IMG/VR virus record: IMGVR_UViG_3300032307_000830
Location: 526 to 64,525 of that record
Source: a virus
Taxonomy: Duplodnaviria > Caudoviricetes
Length of the DNA: 64,000 bases
Reading direction: 5' to 3' (one strand)
In this document: one piece after another, positions 46,168-55,978 of the stretch
Position numbering within the stretch: the stretch's first letter is position 1
Layout of the letters: the number at the start of each line of letters is the position of its first letter
Position numbers and translations under genes: made by a program
The notes under the pieces: model-generated
Seen by the model: only the letters and a program-made list of their open reading frames with translations
Database searches by the model: none
What the model was told of the DNA's origin: nothing

Positions 46168-49100
46168 TTAAACTGGAATTTCTTCATCAAACCCAGGTAA
46201 TTTAAAGACAATGTTATCTTCAAACCAATAATCTGGCTCATAATTTAATTTAACCCAGAACTCCCTCTCCATTTGTGATGGAGTATAGAATTCATATAAT
46301 GTATCTTGATCCGCTATATCATCTGGTTCATCATTAACCAAATCCAACTCAGATTTAAGAAACATTTTTTTATCCTCTGGTTTTGTTATTAAGATATCAT
46401 ATCTATGTACTTTTGGGAAGGCTACAAGTAGAGGTTCAACCTTTTTATTGAATGAGTCTAGGTATTTCGGTACATTATACTCACCAATATAATCAGGTTG
46501 GTTCTCTATAATGTCATTTGGTACCAATGAAGCGTACATATTACCATTTTTGTCTTCCTGAGCATCGCCGTGCGATTTAACCTTACCGTTATTCACATAG
46601 TATATAGTATCACCAAGGTTCACATTTAAATTATGTTGTATAGCTAATTCCATGTGAGCTTGTTTAGCCAACTGCTTACCGTTTTTATCACCACCGCGAT
46701 TTATGTAATCATTTATCGACTTCTTGACTCTTGCTTTTGTTGCAATTTTAGCTAACGGTATTTGTCTGTTGTAGATTTTTTCAGCATACTCATGGTAATA
46801 TTGCACGAATTCATAACCTTGTCCGTTCAATAACATCTTCATACCTTTACCCAAAAACTCCTCAATGTATAAAGGCATGGCTTTAGACTTGATACTGTTA
46901 CCTGTTAAACTCACGGAACCATCATCTTCTAATAAAGCGTAGTTTTTTCTGGATAAATTAATAGTTGCTGGCCAAATACCGTCTAAACCAAGACCCATCT
47001 CACCTCGCATGTAGGTGTCATTAAATTCCGCAACAACAGCTTTAACACCAGTGTACTCTTTACCAGCTTCAACCTCATCATTTAAACCCTTTCCGATGTA
47101 TTTGAATGGTTCGCCATCTTTAGGGGCCATGAAGTTAACACCGTCCGTATCTAACACCAGCGGTTCGTAACCCCTTTTTGTGTAGAATTTAACCATTAAC
47201 CTCAAATATTGTCTTGCCGTACATGTAATTCGCTCACTGACATCGATTTCAGCCCATTGAAAGGCCATAGGAGCTCCAAGGGCACCGAACATCGAGTTGA
47301 TAAAGATCTTAAGCGGTAACTGCTTACGTTTATATTTATCGGCCAATTGGTAGTTACCTTCTTTTTTATATTTGTCAGATAATTTCTTAGCCTTGAAACG
47401 TTCGGTGTGGAAATATTTCAACATCGATTTCATCGCACCGTTAATATCAACGCTTGGGAACACATCGTGGGCCAACTGAATAGCTGGGTAAAGTGAGTTG
47501 TAGTCCATCTTTCTTAAAGTGGTTGAGTAACCAACTTTGAATAGTCTTGATAAACCACCTGTATAATCTCTTTTTGTGTCGGAAATAGGTATGGCTAAGT
47601 TGTTTTCAAAAGAATAAGCCATCATAAGTAACTTCCAAAGACCAGCAGTACCCATTGTTGAGACTCTTTGATATGTGGTTGGTACTAGTTTAGCCAACAA
47701 AAAGGAAGATTGGTTATATACCGCATCGACTTCCATTGTTTCCCATAAGTCATCAATAAGATATCGCTCAACAATATATTTACCATCAACCTCTTGAATG
47801 GAATTTACATAAGCTCTTAATGCTCTATAAGTGTCCATTAAAAAACTAAATGTTTTTGGAGCTCTCATCTTTAATTGAGATAACCCACTACCAGGAACAT
47901 TCGTTGGGAATACGACAGTTTTACCGTTTTTTAGGTGTTGGATTATTTCTTTAACACCCTCATTAATTTTAACCTTATTACTATCAAACTCATTGTCGTT
48001 AAAGAACGAATCATCGGTCATATAAGGTTTTTTCTTTGTTACGATACCAACAGTGTTTGGTTCACCGCGCATTTCTTTAGCCTGACCACCATAACCCTCT
48101 CTTAACTCATTGTCTCCGTAAACAAATACCTTATCTGGGTTTTGTTGGACGTGTTCTCTGGTTATATTATCCATGAACTCGATTGTTGGTTTTGTTGTTG
48201 TGTATCCACCATCTCGATCGTCAAAATAATAAGGTTTTTCCGAGTACCAGGTGTTACCGATCTTATCACCAAGAATATAAACACGGTTTTTCTTAGCAAT
48301 CTTGTTGTATTTACAAACGTATTTCAAACCAACAGATTTCATACTAGAATCAATCGCTTGTGCACGTCTAGCTGAGTGCATAATATCAATGATACTATAA
48401 CCAAACATATTTGTTTGGGTGTAATCCTCAACCTCGTTACCTAATTTGAGCATTGATTGTTTGTTGTTTATTAACTCACCAACCTTAAGTGTAATCGCTA
48501 TTTCTTGTATATTTAAACCAAGGATTTCACATCTTTTAAAAAAGAATGGCCAGTCAAAGTTTGCGCTGTTATAACCCGCAATAATTGTTGGTTTAATATC
48601 GTTAATTCTCTCAAAGAATTTAATGATACCCTGTCTTTCAGATTCATCGTTATCCTCAATAGGTATGATTTCTTCAACACCCTTATTGGTGTATATACCA
48701 ATCAAGAAAATTCGGTTGGTTTGCGGGTCAAGTCCTGTTGTCTCTAAGTCGAATATGAATTTATGAATATCATCATACTCCTCAAACCCCTTAAATAGTC
48801 GTTTACCAGTATGTATAAAATACTGCTCGACTGGTGGTATCATTAAAAAATGTGATTTAATATCGTGTCTTGTGTCGTAAATATAGATACCACCTTCTCT
48901 AAAGAAAGCTTTCATTCTTTCATTACCTTGCGTACAGGTAACCAAATATTTATATCCCTCAACAAGTTTTGGGTGGTCACCGTGTTCAAGTACTTTAATA
49001 TCGATACCGTATCTTTGTCTAGCCGCTTTAATCTTTGAGTCGCTGTTTCCGTAGAAATTTGTTAATTCCTTAACCTTATTAAGGTTTTTTATCCACATAA

Positions 49101-49269
49101 AAGCCAATAAAGGTTCCGTTTCAGTATAATTACCTAGTTCTGGATCCTGTTTTATCTTATGGATTAAATTAGTTTCCGCGTCATATTCGACATTGACAAT
49201 ATATTTTTCATCGTCATGTCCATTAAGGAACTTTTCTATATTCTCAAGCGAAATCTTATACTCGGCCAT
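46168..49269 (-). CDS. Family B DNA polymerase with ~130-aa macrodomain-like insertion in the 3'-5' exonuclease domain
   Basis: ExoI FDLETT, ExoII YNSANFDW, ExoIII YLIDD. Polymerase motifs DYNSLYP, QLPLKIFINSMFG, LDTDG, RKNY. Confidence 0.95.
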   Translation of the reverse strand: MAEYKISLENIEKFLNGHDDEKYIVNVEYDAETNLIHKIKQDPELGNYTETEPLLAFMWIKNLNKVKELTNFYGNSDSKIKAARQRYGIDIKVLEHGDHPKLVEGYKYLVTCTQGNERMKAFFREGGIYIYDTRHDIKSHFLMIPPVEQYFIHTGKRLFKGFEEYDDIHKFIFDLETTGLDPQTNRIFLIGIYTNKGVEEIIPIEDNDESERQGIIKFFERINDIKPTIIAGYNSANFDWPFFFKRCEILGLNIQEIAITLKVGELINNKQSMLKLGNEVEDYTQTNMFGYSIIDIMHSARRAQAIDSSMKSVGLKYVCKYNKIAKKNRVYILGDKIGNTWYSEKPYYFDDRDGGYTTTKPTIEFMDNITREHVQQNPDKVFVYGDNELREGYGGQAKEMRGEPNTVGIVTKKKPYMTDDSFFNDNEFDSNKVKINEGVKEIIQHLKNGKTVVFPTNVPGSGLSQLKMRAPKTFSFLMDTYRALRAYVNSIQEVDGKYIVERYLIDDLWETMEVDAVYNQSSFLLAKLVPTTYQRVSTMGTAGLWKLLMMAYSFENNLAIPISDTKRDYTGGLSRLFKVGYSTTLRKMDYNSLYPAIQLAHDVFPSVDINGAMKSMLKYFHTERFKAKKLSDKYKKEGNYQLADKYKRKQLPLKIFINSMFGALGAPMAFQWAEIDVSERITCTARQYLRLMVKFYTKRGYEPLVLDTDGVNFMAPKDGEPFKYIGKGLNDEVEAGKEYTGVKAVVAEFNDTYMRGEMGLGLDGIWPATINLSRKNYALLEDDGSVSLTGNSIKSKAMPLYIEEFLGKGMKMLLNGQGYEFVQYYHEYAEKIYNRQIPLAKIATKARVKKSINDYINRGGDKNGKQLAKQAHMELAIQHNLNVNLGDTIYYVNNGKVKSHGDAQEDKNGNMYASLVPNDIIENQPDYIGEYNVPKYLDSFNKKVEPLLVAFPKVHRYDILITKPEDKKMFLKSELDLVNDEPDDIADQDTLYEFYTPSQMEREFWVKLNYEPDYWFEDNIVFKLPGFDEEIPV

Positions 49270-49286
49270 AATTTATTATTTTGGCA

Positions 49287-49294
49287 CAAATATA
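49287..49294 (-). promoter_or_regulatory. Bacteroidota-type -7 promoter element
   Basis: TATATTTG 17 nt upstream of the polymerase start. Confidence 0.55.
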
Positions 49295-49349
49295 GTAATA
49301 AATGTATTAATAGTGAAATTTTCTACAAAAAAAACTTAAAATATTGATT

Positions 49350-49751
49350 TTAAACAATATCTGTTTTAATAAACGAGTCCAAAATATGGATGTACAATTC
49401 TTCTTGTATTGGTGCGATTAGTTCACCATAGACAGATGTTGGGTCCGCTAAATCAAAAAGAGTTAATTTAAACTCACCCAAAAAAATACCTGGTTTGTCA
49501 GTGTCGTCTTTTGTAAATTGGTAGGTTACAATGTAATGTTTATTACCATCCTCATCACACGGATTCTCTAAAACAATCTTAGCTTCTTTATTAGCGACTT
49601 TATAGATCCCAGTTTTTTCGTCTTTCATTGCGAAAGTTGCCACGCAATTTTCTATTAATTCTTCGAAACGTCTAAAATCATTACGCCCATCTCTGAAAAC
49701 TTTCATTTTCAAAATCGGTAATGTTGAATTTTGTCTTATACTGAATACCAT
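49350..49751 (-). CDS. BppU N-terminal-like (Ig-fold) structural protein
   Basis: F.IRQNSTLPILK...YQF...DTD.PG.F.GEF pattern. Confidence 0.5.
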   Translation of the reverse strand: MVFSIRQNSTLPILKMKVFRDGRNDFRRFEELIENCVATFAMKDEKTGIYKVANKEAKIVLENPCDEDGNKHYIVTYQFTKDDTDKPGIFLGEFKLTLFDLADPTSVYGELIAPIQEELYIHILDSFIKTDIV

Positions 49752-51271
49752 TAGAATAATTTATTAATAAATATCTTTCTACCCCCTTTTATTGTTCTTA
49801 GGTCATAAATATTGGCCATAGTATTAACTATTTTTTTAACCTCAACGCTATACAAAGGTACACAATACATTTGAAAATCTTTAACCCCACCTAAAAAGGT
49901 TCCAGCAAAAAACTTCTCAAGGACTGTGTTTATTCTTTTTGTCTCATCCAGGTAAAGGGCGTCTACTAGGTTTTGGGTACCGCCACCAAATGAGATATTA
50001 AATGGAACACCCTCTTGGTAGATAGTGTCAACATCTAATTCATGTGGAGTTACCTCAACAAAATCATAATGTCTTAAAACCAAAAACCCGTTAAGGTATA
50101 TTGATAACGTACCTCTCCTGTATTTTCCATATAACAGTTCACACGCGTCATTATAACCAAAATCCCTTTCAAAAACAGCACTTACGTGTAAGAATTTTTT
50201 TTCATTTACATCTATGACTGGTTTTTTGGTGTAACCCTCTTCTATTGTGAAATATTTTGTTACAATTAAAGATACGGTGTGGTTTACACATGGATCATCT
50301 GGTTGTAATATGAAAGAGTTTGTTGTTATACCACTAACTTCTTGTGTCTGACCAGTATAGCATATATCGGTTGGGTATATTGTTCGATACCCTATTCTAC
50401 CGTCATTAGTTATCCTGATACCAAATGCGTTGTAGTATAAATCGGAATATTCTTGGTGGTATTGTAAGACCTGTGATTGTGGTGTGTATCGTCTACCCGT
50501 ATACATTAACCCATTATAGTAGTTAAAATACCCAATATACTTTGAGAACCCATTTAATGTCACCATACCATTGTATGTGTATATATTTTGTAGTTCTTTT
50601 GGTATTATTGAGTAATTGTCGTTTAGTTTTTTAACTTCGACAACTGTTTTATCCGCGTATTTGTTTTCGGCCCTAGTTCCGATATAAAATATAAAACCAG
50701 TATTACCAGTAAAAACATCATTTAGTGTTGTGCCAGTTGTGGTACCAGTGGTTATCCCAGTAGTAACACCTGTGGTATCACCAGTTGTCGCACCCGTTGT
50801 TATCATCGGAAAGTGTAGCAACATGTTAACACTAAAACCTTTTCTACCTCTAGTCGGGAACCATTCAACTGGTTGTTTATGTATTTTATAGAACCCCTGA
50901 TAGAACCCACCAAGTAACTGGTTATAGTATTTATCGCCATCTAATTTCATGCGATCAATTTCGTATGTGTACTGACCTGTATACCCAGATACCTCATGAA
51001 AACAGAAAGTGTCACCGCTTTCAACAACATATGTTATTTCTGGATCGATGGTTCCATTACCGTTTGGTATGAAGAAATTATCATAACCATTAAGACCAAT
51101 ATAATCTAACGAAACATTTGTAGCCTGTACAATACCTGGTCTAGAACATAAACCCTCAGTAACATCAATTTTAATTAAATGACATTCACTATAGTCACGA
51201 TAAAAATCTCTACAATCTTTTGTGACAGTTAAATCAAAATATTCACTCTTATCTAGTTCGGTATAAAACAT
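49751..51271 (-). CDS. Hypothetical virion protein (beta-rich, LamG-like C-terminus possible)
   Basis: 506 aa; GTLSIYLNG and F.G.VKDFQMY..PL; internal TTG repeat. Confidence 0.55.
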   Translation of the reverse strand: MFYTELDKSEYFDLTVTKDCRDFYRDYSECHLIKIDVTEGLCSRPGIVQATNVSLDYIGLNGYDNFFIPNGNGTIDPEITYVVESGDTFCFHEVSGYTGQYTYEIDRMKLDGDKYYNQLLGGFYQGFYKIHKQPVEWFPTRGRKGFSVNMLLHFPMITTGATTGDTTGVTTGITTGTTTGTTLNDVFTGNTGFIFYIGTRAENKYADKTVVEVKKLNDNYSIIPKELQNIYTYNGMVTLNGFSKYIGYFNYYNGLMYTGRRYTPQSQVLQYHQEYSDLYYNAFGIRITNDGRIGYRTIYPTDICYTGQTQEVSGITTNSFILQPDDPCVNHTVSLIVTKYFTIEEGYTKKPVIDVNEKKFLHVSAVFERDFGYNDACELLYGKYRRGTLSIYLNGFLVLRHYDFVEVTPHELDVDTIYQEGVPFNISFGGGTQNLVDALYLDETKRINTVLEKFFAGTFLGGVKDFQMYCVPLYSVEVKKIVNTMANIYDLRTIKGGRKIFINKLF

Positions 51272-52362
51272 TATATTACTCTAAAAGGTTTTTGGAACGC
51301 TCTGTATTTAAGCGCTTTGTTAATTTCTTCAGCTTCCATAGACATCCTTTTCAAGATTTCTAACGGATTCAATTTAATCATTCTATCTTCCAACTCTTTT
51401 TTAAGAGTTATCATTTCGTCTTTACCCTCAGCCAATAGTGATTGGTATTCAATTTCCATTGTCGCGTCTGGGACTGGTATTTTACCACCAAAAGTACCTC
51501 TAACTCTACCTAATGTTTCTTTACACAAAGCAACGAAATATCTTCTGATCCAAGTTTTTGCTGGGTCATTTAAATCATCGAAGTCAACATTATCAAGAGG
51601 TACATCCATTGGGGATCTGATGATGTCTTTATTTTTCGCTAAACAATCATCTTTTACCTCTGGATTAATATCGTAATACCAATACCATACTTTACCCTGG
51701 TCAACCATAGCACCTCTAAAATCAAACTTACCACCTGGCGTATTCATTAAGTGAACATATTTTTTACCATCAGGTGCATTTGTTATTTTATAGATTAATT
51801 CCGAACGAATCATTCTATTTTTAAGGTTTCTGTCTGTTGATCTCATCAAAATATCAAAAGCTGGTAGAATATAATAACTACCAAGACCCATATATTCAGC
51901 GCCAAACTGATTATTCCAAACACCTAAAAACGGGTCAATAACCGATTGGTCAAGAGCTGCTGGTGTAAACCAAAGAACTTCATTAATCTCCCTGTTAGCA
52001 GGTATTTCATACATTTGTTGTCCTTTAACAAGTTCTATGTAATCTTTTTTAAGAACATACCCACCTTCTCCAGCACCCAAACCAACTATTTTTGAGTATG
52101 AATATGTGTATTGTGTTACAAGATCAAAAGTTCTATATAAAAACGCCCTTGTTAAATCAGCTTCAGTAATATTCAAACCGATTAAACTAGGCCATTGGTG
52201 TTCAATTAACCAGTTGTGTATAAACTCAACGTAATCCTCAACAGCGATTTCAAGTAGGGAGTCCATTTGTTCTTCCTCTAATTGTATTTTCCTAATTGGT
52301 GCGCCAAGCCTATGTTTGGCCTGCTTGTAGATTTTTTGTTTTTCAGTTGGATTTATTCTCAT
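51271..52362 (-). CDS. Neck/head completion protein (T4 gp13-like)
   Basis: RLGAP...IQL, WIRRY..AL.KE.LG.VR..F. Likely start is MRINP at 52362. Confidence 0.8.
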   Translation of the reverse strand: MRINPTEKQKIYKQAKHRLGAPIRKIQLEEEQMDSLLEIAVEDYVEFIHNWLIEHQWPSLIGLNITEADLTRAFLYRTFDLVTQYTYSYSKIVGLGAGEGGYVLKKDYIELVKGQQMYEIPANREINEVLWFTPAALDQSVIDPFLGVWNNQFGAEYMGLGSYYILPAFDILMRSTDRNLKNRMIRSELIYKITNAPDGKKYVHLMNTPGGKFDFRGAMVDQGKVWYWYYDINPEVKDDCLAKNKDIIRSPMDVPLDNVDFDDLNDPAKTWIRRYFVALCKETLGRVRGTFGGKIPVPDATMEIEYQSLLAEGKDEMITLKKELEDRMIKLNPLEILKRMSMEAEEINKALKYRAFQKPFRVI

Positions 52363-52370
52363 CTTGTTAA

Positions 52371-52385
52371 TATTTATTATAAATA
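52371..52385. promoter_or_regulatory. Overlapping late promoters for divergent genes (TATTTAT on both strands)
   Basis: TATTTAT-T-ATAAATA between the gp13-like gene and the Gp88-like gene. Confidence 0.6.
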
Positions 52386-52405
52386 CTTTCAAATAAACAA
52401 ACAGT

Positions 52406-53578
52406 ATGATAAATGATAAATTTGGCGACTCTTTAGATAGATTTAAGGAGTTATATAACTATAGGATAAATGAATCGGCTTCTGTTAACGAGGTTGACTG
52501 GGACGAAGAATTTAGTGATGTTAAAAAAACTTGCTTAGCTCCAGAGATGGTTGTTAAAATGTTAAACGACCAATTAAGTCGATTAGATAAACCAAGTAAG
52601 GATAGAGAAAAAATAGACGCCAACACCCCAATAATTAGTAGGGGTAATTTACCATTAGCTGATGGTGATATTGATGTAAATCATTTTATAAAGGAAATAA
52701 CAGCCAGACCAAAACAAATATTTGACAGAAACCCTAAAATGGAGAAAAGTGATACTGGCGGTTTTCAATATACCGTTAACACTGGTATCCCAGCTTTAAG
52801 AGGTATCATCTATGACATTGATAATCAGAAGTTTTTTACGATAAACACCTGCCCAGGTGCTGGTACATGCGCGGTTAGTTGTTACGCTAGAAAGGGTTTT
52901 TACATAATGAATGATGGTAAAAACTTAAAATACATACAAAGATTAAATCTTTTATTAAACGATCCAGAGGAGTATGAAAATATTATTATGGATGAGCTAG
53001 ACCCTTTGGCTTATAAAATAAAAAGGGATTCTAGGAAAGAGGGTAAGGACATAAAATTGGTTATCAGATGGAACGATGCTGGTGATTTTTTCGCTAAAAG
53101 ATATTACGATATCGCGATTAGCGTTACAAACCAATTAGTTAAAGCTGGTTATAACATTGAATCGTATGCGTATACAAAGATGGGTGATGTCGCTAATATC
53201 GCTGATCCTAATTTCGTTATGAATTTTTCTGATGACGCAAATAAGAAAGAGACCGCTAAGGTTGATACAGAATCAGCTAAAATTTCCAAGATAGTACCAA
53301 AGGAATTGTTCAAAGACATTTTTCTTAAAGATGGCCCGTCTTACGTTAAAGATGAAAAAGGTAAAGCTATGTTTAAGGATGATGCTTCGAAAGAAAGATT
53401 AAAAAACTTAATAAGTGTTAAATATAACGTACCTTACGAGACACTAGCTTTTAATGATGAACTACCACCAGAACAAGGTACAGAATATCTTTACAATGTT
53501 ATAGTACTACCAACTGGTGATAGCGATATTGCTGCTCAAAGAAGAGACGTTAGGATTAGCTTTTTGCTACAACACTAA
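52406..53578 (+). CDS. Gp88-like protein with Cys cluster (radical-SAM-like fold)
   Basis: TCPGAGTCAVSCYARKG, IRWNDAGDFF, YAYTK. Confidence 0.7.
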   Translation: MINDKFGDSLDRFKELYNYRINESASVNEVDWDEEFSDVKKTCLAPEMVVKMLNDQLSRLDKPSKDREKIDANTPIISRGNLPLADGDIDVNHFIKEITARPKQIFDRNPKMEKSDTGGFQYTVNTGIPALRGIIYDIDNQKFFTINTCPGAGTCAVSCYARKGFYIMNDGKNLKYIQRLNLLLNDPEEYENIIMDELDPLAYKIKRDSRKEGKDIKLVIRWNDAGDFFAKRYYDIAISVTNQLVKAGYNIESYAYTKMGDVANIADPNFVMNFSDDANKKETAKVDTESAKISKIVPKELFKDIFLKDGPSYVKDEKGKAMFKDDASKERLKNLISVKYNVPYETLAFNDELPPEQGTEYLYNVIVLPTGDSDIAAQRRDVRISFLLQH

Positions 53579-55353
53579 CGCCTCAAACTACTAATAACCT
53601 CTTTACCAACAGAGATTTCTTCTTCTGATGGGTTATCACCCATTATAGTACCAATAACTTTCATTTTAGATTGTAGGGCTTTATACATTATCATATCCAA
53701 GGTTTCATCGAATAACGGATATATAATATGCACCTTATTTTGTTGGCCTATTCTGTGTGCTCTATCTTCAGCCTGCATATGATTAGCTGGGGTCCAGTCA
53801 AGATCGTTAAATATCACAACACTACCTTCGGTAAGTGTTAAACCAACACCAGCAGCCACAATATTACCGCAGAAAACGGTAATTTTTTCATCATTTTGAA
53901 ATAAGTCAACAGCTTGTTGGCGTTTTTCCTTAGAAACGGACCCATCAATCATAACAGCTTTTTTACCAAAATGGGCCATTAACTCTTTAATTGTGTTAGA
54001 GAAACAACTAAAAATAATAACCTTTTGGCCATTTTCAATAATCTCATCAGCCATTTCAATAGTGTGTTGGATCTTATCGTAAGATAACAATTGTCTAACT
54101 TTGATTAATTTTGTTAAGTGGTCAGTAACGGTTGGTTTTTCACCAGCAGCTTCCATTTCATCAATCCAAGCCTCATATTCCGCTATATAACTATTATAAC
54201 TGGTTGAGAACTCAAGAGGTAGATAAACTGGTTTTATTGTTTTTTGTGGTAAATCAATAGAATCATTTTTAGTTCTTCTTAAGATAACGTCTGACGAAAA
54301 TTCTCTAAGTTCATCTAAATTAGATGATCCTGAACAAACCCAGTATTTTTGTTTGGTTCCTTTACGGTTAAATTGTCTACCTGCACAATATCTTTTAACA
54401 TAACCAACCCAGTTAGCAGCAACTGGTGAGTCACACAAATACAATAAATTATAAAAGTCAATTGGTTTATTTGTGATCGGTGTACCAGTCAATAACCATC
54501 TAACGGGTATTTTTTTAGCAAAATCGTTAAATATTTTTGTTCTGTTTGATGCCGCGTTTTTTAGGTAATGAGCCTCATCAGCAATAACCAGATCAAATTT
54601 GTGGTAATCAATTGGTGAAACAGGTAGGTCACTAACTTTAACCCCTCTTCTAGGTAGGTGGTGGAAATTCTTTAAAATATCATAATTAACGATAGTCCAT
54701 TTCTTTACGGTTAAGTTACTTCCGTCAACAACAGAAATATTATCTGGTGAATCATAGTTTGATATTTCTATTTTCCAGTTTAGTTTTAATGACGCTGGAC
54801 AAACAACCAAGATTTTCTTGAAGTTACCTTCCATCGCGGCAATTATAGCTGAAGTGGTTTTACCTAAACCCATTTCATCCGCTAAGATGAACTTATCGTT
54901 CATTAACAATTTTTTTATCGCCGTTATTTGGTGTGGTTTTGGATCTCTCTCATATTTTGAGGGGTCGATAACTGGTTCCTCTTTTCTTTGTTTTATACAA
55001 TCTTTGAGAATATAAAAGGAGTAGTATCGGCCACAACCTTCTTCAAAGCAACCCCATATATGTAAAAAATCATCTTTTCGACTAAGAAGTTTATTTATGA
55101 AAATTTGTTCGGGTATAAAATCTAATTTTAATTGCTCGGCAACGAAAGCCCTGCAAGTCATACTTATATCAAAAAGTTTATTAACAACAATTGGGTCAAC
55201 GTTACCGTTTCTAACAATGTATTCGCTTTGCTTCTTTGTTGGGATGAAACTCTTACTAGTAAAGTACGTTTTTTGTATACCTAAAATATAGTCGTTAGCC
55301 CCTTTATAGACTTTTAATATATCTAAAGCACGTTTCTCTATTGGTAACTGCAT
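53575..55353 (-). CDS. SNF2-family helicase/annealing translocase (SMARCAL1/HARP-like)
   Basis: LADEMGLGKT, VVCPASLKLNW, DEAH, LTGTP, LRRTK, AGVGLTLT, WTP....QAEDRAHRIGQ. Confidence 0.93.
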   Translation of the reverse strand: MQLPIEKRALDILKVYKGANDYILGIQKTYFTSKSFIPTKKQSEYIVRNGNVDPIVVNKLFDISMTCRAFVAEQLKLDFIPEQIFINKLLSRKDDFLHIWGCFEEGCGRYYSFYILKDCIKQRKEEPVIDPSKYERDPKPHQITAIKKLLMNDKFILADEMGLGKTTSAIIAAMEGNFKKILVVCPASLKLNWKIEISNYDSPDNISVVDGSNLTVKKWTIVNYDILKNFHHLPRRGVKVSDLPVSPIDYHKFDLVIADEAHYLKNAASNRTKIFNDFAKKIPVRWLLTGTPITNKPIDFYNLLYLCDSPVAANWVGYVKRYCAGRQFNRKGTKQKYWVCSGSSNLDELREFSSDVILRRTKNDSIDLPQKTIKPVYLPLEFSTSYNSYIAEYEAWIDEMEAAGEKPTVTDHLTKLIKVRQLLSYDKIQHTIEMADEIIENGQKVIIFSCFSNTIKELMAHFGKKAVMIDGSVSKEKRQQAVDLFQNDEKITVFCGNIVAAGVGLTLTEGSVVIFNDLDWTPANHMQAEDRAHRIGQQNKVHIIYPLFDETLDMIMYKALQSKMKVIGTIMGDNPSEEEISVGKEVISSLRR

Positions 55354-55454
55354 TATATTACTTAATTCCTTGAATTTATTATTATTCAATAATAATAAAT
55401 TTTTATGACAAAGTCAATTCATTAATAAATGAATGTATTTATATAGAAAGAATA

Positions 55455-55976
55455 ATGGAAAGAAAAACTAGAATACCGAATACTAGGTTGAATAGATTCT
55501 ATGATGAAGAGGATTTTCGACTTGAATTAGATATGGCAACAGAACTAATTGAGGAAGATATGAACTTCACCGTTGTTTTATTTAGGATTGACAGAGTTAA
55601 TACACAAGTTGATGACGTATATTGGGAAAGTAACACAAGAGATGTTAGGTTTAAAGCCCCAGTTGAGTTAAAAGTAATATTAAACCTAGCAAATGGTGAA
55701 AATAAATCATACTCACCTAACGGTAATATGAGATATCAAGATTACGGTAATTTAGAATTCACCGTTTTACAAAAACAACTTGATGAGAAAAATACCGAAA
55801 TAAGCTACGGGGATATAGTTGGTTACGCTGATAAAGAAAACAACTTTAAATATTTCAGTGTGTTCGATGATGATACAATAAACAGTGATAACCCGAGCAC
55901 TCATTTTGGGTATAGGGGTTATTTCAGAAGGATTAAATGTACAAACGTTGACCCTAACCTATTTAATGGAATATAA
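55455..55976 (+). CDS. Head closure/neck protein (gp14-like)
   Basis: D.VYWES...F..PVEL pattern; position before the tail terminator and sheath; TATTTAT at 55436-55442. Confidence 0.55.
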   Translation: MERKTRIPNTRLNRFYDEEDFRLELDMATELIEEDMNFTVVLFRIDRVNTQVDDVYWESNTRDVRFKAPVELKVILNLANGENKSYSPNGNMRYQDYGNLEFTVLQKQLDEKNTEISYGDIVGYADKENNFKYFSVFDDDTINSDNPSTHFGYRGYFRRIKCTNVDPNLFNGI

Positions 55977-55978
55977 CT

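Noticed and set aside
47800-48190. Intein in the DNA polymerase
   Set aside because: No Cys/Ser N-terminal block, no His-Asn C-terminus and no LAGLIDADG motifs; treated as a domain insertion instead.
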